64,000 nucleotides of DNA, from NCBI RefSeq assembly GCF_032062105.1, contig NW_026930272.1, forward strand, positions 62,001 through 126,000, read 5' to 3'. This DNA is from Saccostrea cucullata (taxonomy: Eukaryota). A program made the position numbers and the translations under genes. Positions within the stretch are counted from its first letter, which is position 1. Every line of letters starts with the position of its first letter. The notes under the pieces are model-generated. The model made no database searches and was not told the DNA's origin. It was given only the letters and a program-made list of their open reading frames with translations. Shown piece after piece: positions 27,301 to 39,100 of this stretch.

Positions 27301-27856
27301 GGCCAAAGAGGGGAAAACAGAAAAAAAAAAGTGAAGACATATCGACAGAATTCTAGAAGCTCTTAAATCTTTTATACCTACAAGAGAACAAGAAAAGATT
27401 TAACATATTTTATCTAAACCATAGTTTTATTAAAATGAACCAGGCCATTAGTTTTCATTGTCCAAAATATTTCCAAATTCAATTTGACATTTGGAATATC
27501 AATTCTGAATTTGTCATTATCCTCTACCTCTAATAAGACATCATGTACAAAAATTTTATTTCACATTTATTAATTATTTCACATTATTTTTTAAACAAGT
27601 TACCTAACAACACAGTCTAGTGACACAAAGGTACTGAAAACAACTGTGGAGGATGACAAGCGACAAAAACAAACTTACAGGCTCTTGGTTTGCGGGGACT
27701 TGCATGTCCTGAATCGAGCTTGAATGGCCTAGGAAATACCAATTCATTATTTGGGGCTAAGTGTCTCTGTCTGTCATTGTCTCTTGATTTGTTTTCAACC
27801 TTTAATCGTCTTTCTAAATCGTTAATCCTTTGGTTCAACGACGACGGAGTAGACAT
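21335..27856 (-). CDS. MAP2K7: Dual specificity MAP kinase kinase 7 (MKK7/hemipterous), about 414 aa, 12 coding exons
   Basis: Exons (minus): 27856-27679, 25221-25110, 24888-24822, 24709-24596, 24246-24127, 23662-23555, 23326-23275, 23138-23011, 22744-22664, 22244-22102, 21749-21704, 21430-21335. Motifs: [71 protein letters not shown] (MKK7-diagnostic activation loop), N-terminal coiled coil and D-site RRRPGGISL. Confidence 0.97.
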
Positions 27857-28339
27857 TTTTAATCACATGACATATTATCCGTGTCACTGAAATGCTTGAA
27901 TCGGAAGTATTGAGTAGCGGGATTTACAAAAGTTGTAAAAAAAATACACTAAAGCATACTAACATCGGCCTTAATTATTTTTTCCCCGCATTAGAAGTAC
28001 ATATGCGATATGACTTATCGGAATGATGTACTTTAATGAAAATAAAAGGAAAATGAAAGTAAAACTCATAACGTTACATGCCTAATTCAATAATTTCCCG
28101 CAAAGTGAGTTTCAAAGTCGTAAACATTTTCAGTCATAAAAAGGGGACGTGGTATCGATATTAAACAAGAAACTTTTTTAATGAGGAAAAGGAAGACGAC
28201 TGAATAGAGAGGAATCGTAGGAAAGGGGGTGGAAAAGAGTTCAGCGAGAATATTGAACAGTTGAAGACAGACAGGAAACTTGGGAAAGTGAGTAGATCTA
28301 AATAGCGAAGAAAAGAATTTCGTAGGAAGCTCGCTTTAC

Positions 28340-29396
28340 TATGGAATGCCATATACGACAGCCAACTGCTTACTGCCAACTGCTGACTGTTTACTGCCAA
28401 CTGCTTACTGCTAACTGCCACACATATTTGAATAAATTTTATTTTTATATTGATATTTATGTGCATTTTCAACAAAAAAAAAACAACACAGATCTAGAAC
28501 ACACAAAGGTACATGTTAAAAAAAACAACCCAGAAATAACTTGACAAGAAAAAAAAAACGTAAAGTCCTTTCCTTAATGTGAAAATTTATTTGGCCGGGA
28601 GAGGGGGCATGTCCGTCATACCTTCATGTCTATGACCAATAACACGAAACCGCATTTTTGGGGATGGAGGGTGTCTCTGTCTGTCCCTTTTCTTGATTTA
28701 TTTTATACATTGTATAACTTTTAGTTGGTTTAATTTGTGCACTAAATAACTTTACAAATTTCAGAGGGATGGTCCGGACCTCTCTCTCCCTCTCTAGAAC
28801 TATGCATGTAGAACATATCTTATTTGTAAAAACAAAGAGATATATACATGTTTGATAGGCGTTTTCTACGTGGAGGGTCCAAGATCAGTTTTAGTTCGTT
28901 CAGTTTACACATTAATCCATGACTGTACAAATCCCCCCCCCCACCTTTCACCCCACCCCATCCCCAAGATATTTGCATATGAAACATTATAACACACAGA
29001 GATATACATCTTTAAAAGAGAATTTTTAAAATCGAATGTAAGGAAAATATAAAAAAAAATCATCCAGACAAATCTTTTTTTTTATTTTCTTTCTTCACAG
29101 GTTTTGTTGTCTCCGTGGGTGGCAAAGTATCAATATGGGGGTGGGTGTGTTACTTCTTTTAAGATTACACTGTATATTGAATATTACATAAAATAAAACA
29201 TAATGGTCATTTAGTCAAATTAATTTTACCAGGGTGACCTCTTGGAAAAAAAATGTCCTGGATCCGCGCGCAGTTGAAAATTCATATAAATATCAATTTA
29301 GATATAGAATTTATTCAAATATGTGTGGCAGTTGGCAGTAAGTAGCAGACAGTTGGCAGTAAGAAAAGAATTGGCTGTCGTATATGGCATTCCATA
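28340..29396. mobile_element. Non-autonomous DNA transposon, IS3EU-like, 1057 bp
   Basis: Perfect 26-bp TIR TATGGAATGCCATATACGACAGCCAA (28340-28365 / 29371-29396), extending imperfectly to about 100 bp with ttactgccaactg subrepeats. 6-bp TSD CTTTAC at 28334-28339 and 29397-29402. TAY...RTA termini with a 6-bp TSD fit IS3EU as I recall the family. Confidence 0.8.
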
Positions 29397-29730
29397 CTTT
29401 ACAATCTTTAGCTTTATGTTTGAAAAGTTTTAAAATTTTATTTGATTTGATTAAAATTTGATTTTAGGATAAGCCTATATAAAATAATGTTTCATGTTTT
29501 TTTTTAATAATTGAAATGAATCGAGCTCAAAATCCATAAAATTAAAAACGAAAGTAGCCCAATTGTTGAAAGTGTAGTGAAATTTACATAATCCTTATAT
29601 TTTATTTCAAAGATTATTTTGATTTATATAGTTTTAGAATAAATGTGTGTTAAATCTAAAGGACTATACGGATTGAATAGATTTTAGGCTCCGTATTAAT
29701 TTTGCAACCTAGCTCTACATGACCGGATGG

Positions 29731-29766
29731 TATATAAAGGAGTTGCCGTTCCTCACTCTTTCACTT
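29731..29766 (+). promoter_or_regulatory. Putative FPGS core promoter (TATA box + initiator)
   Basis: TATATAAAGG at 29731-29740 and Inr-like TCACTT at 29761-29766, about 30 bp apart and about 45 nt upstream of the FPGS ATG. Confidence 0.5.
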
Positions 29767-29806
29767 GCTCATGGCCTGAACGCGTGATCAACCTAACAAT
29801 GTAAAC

Positions 29807-32800
29807 ATGTCAACAAAAATTTTGCGATCGCTTAGTTCTCTAGCCTCAACAGCTGAAAACAGCAAGAAATATGAGGTTTGTAAATTATGCGATATTTACC
29901 ACAACGTTTCAATTGAAAATCTCTTTCATGTGATCTTTTACTTTCTATAGTTGTGTGAAGTGACGATAGGTTTTCTTATATAACAACACATTAAATTGAA
30001 GATGTTAATAGTGAGAAAACTTTTTAATGCAAAGCTCTTAACTTTTTAAATATCTGTTCTGGGGATCAAACACAGGGTTTGTCACAACTTATATATGTCT
30101 TCAATCTCTAAATTTGCGAGGGAGGAATCAATACATTGACATTTTGCTATCTCACATTTTCTTTTGCCTCATTTTTATTTTTCACAAGTGTAACAGTTCA
30201 CAATTTAGGTGTCAACTAATCAGTGAAAATGTAAATTATACATAAAAAAATTATATTAAGGTTTTAGAGTATTTTCAGAGAGTTAATAGACCTAAAGGAA
30301 CACTTTTCTCTTTCAATATGTTGATGAGAATAACTACGGAAAAATTAATTTGAATTAATGTGTAAAGTCTAAATATTTTCACTCAGGCATTGTCATTAGA
30401 GGCGAAATGCTGGCAGTGCTACATTCTCTTTACCTATGCCTTGATTGCCTTCATGCTATTCCTAAGATATTTGAAGAAATCACTTCTTGGTTTTAATAAC
30501 TTGCTAGTTAATATAATTATAAGAAATGACTGGATTTTTTAAAATCACCTACAGGTGTGGAGAAGGGCCCAGGTATGTATTCCATGCCTGTTGGTGAATT
30601 GTTTGCACTCCATTATTCCACATTCTATAGCTTCAAACTTTAGGGTCTTGTATTTTATTATTTTTTTTCTTTTCAAATTTAATTCAGACCATTTTCAATG
30701 TGGTTTATCATGTTCATAAAATGCATTTTCATAATTTATTGGTATTCATATAATTTTAGAAAATAACTTTAAAAAATTCTTTTAGTCAAGAGATTGGTTC
30801 AATAGATTGTACATTTGTATCATCCATAAAAAGTTAGGATAAGATCAGAAAAATGATGCTAGCAGAATGTGAAATGGAAAGCTGTTGTTTGTTTATCTAA
30901 CATTGATTTCTCAAGTGTTGAACTCTTGAATTTTTAACTTTATCAGTTTAAATAAATTTTCCAAGTCTGATTATATTTATTGGTATTGGCACCATATAAT
31001 CTTCAAAATGTTATATATCACTAAAATAAAAAAAATATAAAAACATTCGCCCCTCAAATATAAAAATTCTCACCTCAACGAAGTTGGAGATGATAGCGTC
31101 GGCGTAGGTTAAGGTTAAGTTTTTTGGAGCAGTTTTCTTTTTAATTACTTCTGTGTCCTATACTGAAGACATGCATGGAAGATGGTTTTAGTGTGTTTTA
31201 TTGTACCAGACAAAAATGCTGCAATTTCAGCAAAGGAATTACCAGGTGAATGTTTTTGGAGCAGGTTAACAGCAATTTTTTGGTGTGGGTTTATTTGTTG
31301 TTGACCAAACTTGCATGGATGATACATTGATTTCTCATGTGTTGAACATTTTCCAGTTTGAACAGGAATTTTTAACTTTTATGTTGCTTGTTGAACAGGT
31401 TAAATGCAGGTTTCATTTATAACTTTAAGCCCTGACCAAACATGGCTGATACATCTAACTACCGGGTCTTGCAATCTGACCTACATTTTCCAGTTGAGTG
31501 AACAGGTTAAAGTTTTTGGTGCAGGTTTCATTTCCAAATAACTATAAGTTTTCTTGGATGATACATCTAAGGATGTAGGCTTAAACTTCGGATGTGGCAC
31601 CATTTTGGTAATGAATAGTTAAAAGCTTTTGGAAGGTTTCATTTCCAAGGAACTATGAGTTCTTTAATGATTAATCTTGCATAGATGATACATCTAAGGA
31701 TGCATACTTCCAGGCTTGCTTCAGATGCTGAATCTGACCTACTTTTTGTGGATGAGTGAAAATGTTAGTTTTGATGCATGTTTCATTTCCAATAAACTAT
31801 GAGCCCTATAATGAGCAAATTTTTGATACATCTAAGGATGCACACTAATTTATATGCTGGACACACATTTTTGTAGGTAAAAGTTATGGTTGCAGGTCTA
31901 TTACCAAAAACTATTGCAGGTCTATTACCAAAAACTATAAGGCTTATATAACATTGTATAAACCAAACCTGCACAAATGCTGCATCAAGAGATGAAAACT
32001 CTCAAATTTGCTTCAGATGCTGGATTTTCATTACATTTTCATGAAGAAGAAGTAGTTTAAATTTTTTATGTAGGTCTATTTCAAAGTATCAGATCAAAAT
32101 TGCTTTTAAAAATATTTTCATTTTTGGAATGTATACTTTTTGTTGGTTAATTGTGTGACTTTGCCTTACACATCGTTGTTAATCTTATACCTATGTTTAT
32201 GTTTTGTAAAAAAAGTTGTAAATTTATTATGCCAGTAAGCTATGCAAGTTCATCTCATCTGTTGATGAACTTACGGCTTTTATCAATTGTGTATAGGTTG
32301 TCCACATTTGCATTTATAAATTATGTCAGAAATCCTTAATTTGACTTAATTTACCTGAACAATACATGAGTTCATGACAGGAAATACTGGTTGTCAGGGG
32401 ATGTTTACTCCTGCTTAGCATCTAATCCCACTTTGGAAGTTTCCAGGGTTTATGTTTTATGCCCTGTTCACAAATTTGTTTTGTTTATAAGTTTTCAGTA
32501 TTTTCTCATGTTCTGTTTATTTGAATATAAATTCTACCAGAGGAGTGGCAATGAAATAGGAATAAGATAACAAACTGTCAATAACTTCAAAAGTCCATTG
32601 AAATCATACAAATGATGAAGTTATCAGGATTAACAAGGCACCACTGTATTTGTGTGTTTTACGTGCAATATAGTAGAAATTAGATATTTTATCCATGTGT
32701 CAGTGCATGTTTAAATATTGTCCTTGAGCGCTGTATCCAACTAACTGAAGTAGAATTACTAACAAAGTTTAGAAAGCAACTTTATCTATTGTCATATCGC

Positions 32801-33155
32801 CTTTAAGCTCATGGTTGCAGTTTGTTAAATTTAAGTGAGTTTATTTTTTTTCCTTGACCAAAATGGTCACTTTATCTGTTTTTATGTGTAAATGGAAGTC
32901 ACCTTTTTTTTGCTTTTCTTAATTAAATGGCTTATATAGTTTATTTTTTCCCTTTTTTGTATATAAAGTACATGATATTAAAAAGTATACAATAGAGATC
33001 ATCTTAAGTCTTAAGCTGGAACATTTTATGAAAGATTTTGGAAAACTGTCATTAAAACAGCTAATCATTTATTTTTCAATATTACTGTATTGTTTTCTCA
33101 ACAAGTCCAAAGAATGCTCTTAATGGTTAAATTTCTCAAATGGGAGACAAACTCA

Positions 33156-33191
<36 letters not shown>

Positions 33192-36100
33192 AGTCAAGGA
33201 CAAAGGGTTATAGTTGTTGGAATTCAATGAAGGGTCTTGTTACAAGGAATAAATACTGTATAAGTGGAAATTTTAGCGAGACGCAAATTTAGCAAATTGT
33301 CTTTAAAAACTGGTAATTTATTTTTAGCAAGATGTTATTTTGGTGATTTTAAAATGCATATTAAAGAAGCTATTGCAAATAAAACTCAATTAATTTTAGC
33401 GATATTCAATTTTAGCGATCTCGACACACTTGCTAATAATGCCAAAATTAAATCCTTGCTAAAAATTCTACTTATACTGTATGTAAAGTCTGATAGCCCT
33501 AGCCCTATAACTTTTCAAAAGTTATGGTCAAGGTTAAGTTTTTTAAAAGAAGGTCAAACTTCAAGGTCAAGTTCAAAGGGGAAAAGTTGTTGGTATCCAA
33601 TGCAAGGTCCAATGCAAGGACAACTCACAAGGAATAAATATGTGAAGTCTGACAGCCTTAGCTCTAACTCTTCAAAAGTTATGGTCAAGGTTTGTTTTTA
33701 AAAAGAATGTCAAACTTCAAGATCAAGGTCAAAGTTGTTGAAATCCAATGAAAGGTCTTGTCACAAGGATTACATATGTGAAAGTATGAAAGCCCTAGCC
33801 CTTACTGTTCAAAAGTTATAATAGCAGAAGTTGAAGTTTTTAAAAGTACATTAATCTCCAAGGTCAAGGTCAAAAGGTGAAAGTTGGTATCCAATGGAAA
33901 GTCTTGTTACAAAGAATACATGTGTAAAATATGAAAGTTCTAGTTTCTATCATGTCAGTAGATCAAAAGTTAAAGCCAAAGTTAAAGTTTGGAATTTTTG
34001 TGTAAAAGTGTGTCAAGCTCCAAGGTCAAGGTCAAATTTGCTGGTACCCAAACGTCCCAAAGAAAGGTCTTTTCACAATGAATACACATATGAAAAGTCA
34101 TAGCTCCATCAAATCAAAAGTTATGGGCAAGGTTAAAGTTTTTGCGGACAAACAGCTACACAGAAAGACAGACAGACGGACTGACATGACAAAAACTATA
34201 TATACCCGCTAATCTTCAATTATTTGCAGTATGGTTAATAATATGACTATACATTTAATACTTATGTGTATACATGTATCTGCATGCAAAGTGTGAGGCA
34301 TGGAGATCTATTCTGAATTTTATCAGTTTGCAAGTATTTAGTATTGGAATAGAGGTTGCTGCATGATCATATATACTTCTCTCAATGTCGTTTCTTTATC
34401 ATGTTCATGGATTTCAGGTTTGAATGTCATTTTTATATGTTAAAAAAACCACATAAAGCCCTGATATAGTTTAAAATTCTTAATCGTGTTTTGTATGATA
34501 TATACCCGGTATATTTTTTGCATACAAGTGATGTTTATAAAATATGTATGTGATTGAACCATATACATGTATCTTCACTTCATAATAGTCTAATAGGAAA
34601 ATATTAAGTATTTAATTTTATTAATTTTATTTAAGACTTAACCCCTGACCTAATTACAATGAGTATTATACATATAAATCTCAATTATCATGTATGTTGA
34701 AATATAAGCATGAAAGAAAAAAACAAATCAGTATATAATATTTATCACTATTATTTTTATAACATATGATGATACAGTTCAACAGTTCGACTTCTCTGAA
34801 AATGGCTTATAAATGGGGGAAATATCTAAATAGATTTTCCTCTAAATAATATAATCTATATAAACTATACATACAAATCTCCTCAATTATCATGTTAATT
34901 GTATTTGCTATTATTTAATTATTAATGCATTAAACTATCTGTTTTAAAACGTAAAATGCTCACTTTTCTTGTGCATGCAGTAATTAGGGTTTCCGACACC
35001 TCTAAATGACCGTTATCGCCTTTGGCAGTGTTTATATAGTAATTATCACCTGTTAATCATCTTATTTTTGATTTGCTTTAATTACTTGTTTTCACTGAAC
35101 ATCGTTTAAGGTCTTTTATGTTTAAATTTTATATCATATGATGATATTACACGTGCTTTGTTGATATGGTTGTGTTTGATTACACACCAATACAAATGAA
35201 AAGGCTTTAAAAATGATGGGTAATACTATAAAATATTGCAGTGAAAAAGTGTGCGAAAATTTAGATCCGCTCTGTTATGAGAAATCAAGTTCAAGTTCTA
35301 CTTGATACTGTACATAGCTGCAACAAAGAGTTACAATTATGAAACGTGTATTTTTTTTTAAACAAAGACAGTGTGAACCACTAATGATTTTATTTCTTGT
35401 GTTTATCTGATATTAAAAAAAAACATTATATTAAATTTCGTCGGGCACGAAGTGCTTATCATTGTTACAACAGAAATACATTTACGAGTAAACCTCCTAT
35501 CAAAGCATGTGTTTTTATTTCTAGAAGAGTTTGTACAGTGTTTTAAGTCAGCAATTTATTTGTTCATTTTTATTTACACTTTTTACCGAGTACCCGGGTA
35601 CTCGATCGGAAAAACGTCCGAGTAACCGAATACTAAAAATTGACCGATTTGACATCCCTAATATAAACAATGGATTTGAAAAAATTGGTTTTATATCTTT
35701 GTTAAAAATCTGGCATTGGTTTTATATTTATCATGGCCTTCCCTTAGTTCAGTATGTCTTATAGAAAATAATGAATTGAATTCACATTTAGTTTAATTGC
35801 ATGGATTTATAATTTCAGGAGGCAGTTTCTGCATTAAACACACTTCAGAGCAATGCACAGACTCTGGAGAAAATACGGCAGCAAGGGGGCAAAAAGGCCG
35901 AACTCAACATCCCCAATGTGATCAAGTTTGCCGAACGAGTTGGTATCACAGTAAGTTCAGAGTGTTCAGAGTATGATCAAGTTTGCTGAACAAGTCGGTA
36001 TTATCACATTAAGTTTATAGGGTTCAGCGTATGATCTGGTTTGAACAGAATTTTAACAACACATTTTACTGAAAGTGAACAAAAATACATATATATATGT

Positions 36101-39100
36101 ATGGCAAGGAGGAAGTTCAGTCTCTTATCATGAGAATAATGTTATGAAAATTACACACTTGTTATGAGAAGAATTTCCCCCATAGCCACCTTTCCCTCCT
36201 CCCTTTCCTTCTGGAAAACTATACTTCAGAATAGGATTTCCCCTTAGGGGGAAATCACATACCAGAGCCAAATTTGTCTCATATTTCTTTCTAAGAGTAG
36301 GATTTCTCTGTCTTAGACATGTATATGTAATTAACTGCAATGAAAGTATTTTGGCTAAAAGCCATATAATTGCTTCATTCCAAAATTATAAGGAGGAAAG
36401 CCGGAATTTGCACAACATTAACACTTTATGTACAGGACTTACTACATATGAAACTGTAAATTATCATCATGGGTGTTTTCATTTTAGTTGGATGATGTGG
36501 ATAAACTCTCTGTCATCCACGTAAGTGGAACAAAAGGAAAGGGATCCACGTGTGCCTTTTGTGAGAGCATACTGAGACACCAGGGTTATAAAACAGGGTT
36601 CTTCAGGTAAATCTTCACACTGGTAACAGTATAAACTTCCCTTAAATGAAACTCATTGAAACATTGTCACTCATTGAAACATTGTCTAAAACTTATAGAC
36701 TCATTTTTTCTGCAGTTCACCACATCTGGTTGAAGTCCGAGAGCGTTTCAGAATCAATGGAATTCCAATCACCAGGGAGAAGTTTACAGATTATTTCTGG
36801 GATGTGTTCCTGAAATTGGAAAAAACAAAGGTTCAGTTGCATGCAAGTTAATTCAAAATCCTGAATTACTTGAGCATAGATCCCACAAATGTACCTATTG
36901 TCCAGTCTAATTATACCCCCGCAAACGAAGTTTAGGGGGGTATATTGGAATCACCATGTCCGTCTGTCTGTCTGTCCATGTCCGTCTGTAGACAAGTTTG
37001 TCGGACTGTTTCTCAGAAACTGTTGGATGGATTTGTCTGAAAATTTATACACTTATTATTCATATGAAGGTGTGCACCTGGGATTTTCATAGTGATTGGA
37101 TGATTTTTCTGCATTTTACAGGCATTTTTTCTTTTTTATTTTGTGATTTTGTTTGGCTCATAACTAGAAAACTTTTAGACTTACAATCATCAAACTTGGA
37201 CAATTTATGCATCTTGGGTAGACGGTGTGTCCCGACCTATTTCAAGGTCACTGTGACCTTTAATTTAAGTGATTTTTAAAAAAAAACTAAGTCTTTAAAA
37301 TTTTAAATTTCATAATCCTAAAAAATGTAAAAATATAGTTGTATCCTTATTAAAAAATCCTAAATTAAGTAAAAACTTATTTTTTATCATATACTTTACA
37401 GCAAATTCTGTAACAAATGTTAATGATTTGAGAGGAATTCAGTTTGTCCCATGGGCATAATTTTCAAGCACTGGTCAAGGAGAATTTTTGATAGCAGAAA
37501 TGTGCATGTCAAATTAGAGAGAAATTAATGAGTTCATTGTCGGGAGTTAACTGGCAAGAGCATCATGCAGTATTATCTTAATTCGTCTCTTGGGAGTTGG
37601 GCAAAGAGAAATGGCCTTATAGTTGCTTGTGTTAATTAAGAGTTCTTGATGGCTGTAGTTCAGATAAAGATCTTTCAATTGGTGTAATGTAATTAAAACA
37701 AATTGATGTTTTAGTGTATGATTAAAACTGAATTAGTATTGTATAATATAATTAATTATACATGTGTTCATTGAAAAAAAATTACATTTCAATTTTTATA
37801 TATTTGCAACAAAATGCAGTCATGTCTCACTTAGAATTTTATAGTCTAAAGAATAATTAATTTTTGATTTTTTTTATTAGACTGTAGCATTTCCATTATT
37901 TCATAAAATATGCAATAAACAATTTAAAGCTGCAGATGGATATTTGTTAAGCTCTAACACAGTTTAGAATTATATGATGTATTATTTGTTATATTTAATC
38001 CCTACACTGTAAGTCTCTTAGTGATGTATACATGTACAATATTTTCAACAAGATAAGAAATGGAAATTAGATCATTGAAATCTGTTCAATCTGTTAATCA
38101 AGGTTATGTACCCTAACCAATTTATGATTATCGAACAATATTTGATGGGCGTATCATGCTGTGGCGGGGCATTAAAATAGTGAACACCTCTTACTAGATC
38201 CATAAAATATTTCTGAATTGGCACCTACTCTGAAAAACCCAGCGGGGGTATTTGTCCCTATTGGACAGTTCTAGTTAAAATTGGATCTTCCATCTTCCAA
38301 TCAGGGATCTTCGTCCCTGATTTTTATACCTTGAGACATTAAAAAATAGAGGTCCAGATGGAAGATCTAGTTTTAATTAGATTGCTGTAGTTCTTGCTAA
38401 AGAACATCTTCTAATCAAGTTTTTCAAATACTTCAAACAATTAAGGGAACCGCAAACCAAATTAATTTAAGAAAAATAAATAACATCAATGTGAAAAATG
38501 ATATTTGTTTTTTCCCCAAATCAGGAATCATTTGATGGATCCATGCCCACTTACTTCTCTTTTTTGACCGTGATGTCCCTACATGTGTTCTTGAAAGAGA
38601 AAGTAGATGTGGCCATCTTGGAGGTGGGGATTGGAGGGCAGTATGATAGCACTAACTTAGTCAGGAAACCAGTCGCCTGCGGAGTTACGTCCCTTGGTCT
38701 TGATCATACTTCTATACTGGGCGACACTGTGGATAAAATTGCCTGGCACAAAGCTGGAATATTCAAGGTACATATACTTAAAAATGTTTTGACTCGCTTT
38801 AATCTATATTCAGTATTTTCCTCACAACTTTACTATGAATGTCATATACATGATATTTTGAGAGGTGTTTACTGAGTTTTAATATGTTTGCCTTTGTTAT
38901 TTCAGCCAAATGTACCAGCAGTCACCTCACCCCAGCCTGATGTTGCCTTAAATGTCATCAAAGAGCGGGCCAAAGAAATTGGGGTACAATTATAAATGTA
39001 TATTTCCGACCTCCCCCTCCCCCATCAGTAATAGAAACCTGCATACAAAATGGTTACAGATCTGAAGATTAATGTACAATTTGTTATGTTATTTGGTATG

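Noticed and set aside
32229-32240. ATG CCA|gtaagc as an alternative FPGS first exon
   Set aside because: It is in frame but too short to distinguish from chance, and there is no promoter evidence.
33264-33701. 145-aa ORF
   Set aside because: It spans a MITE and satellite units, so it is a chance open frame.
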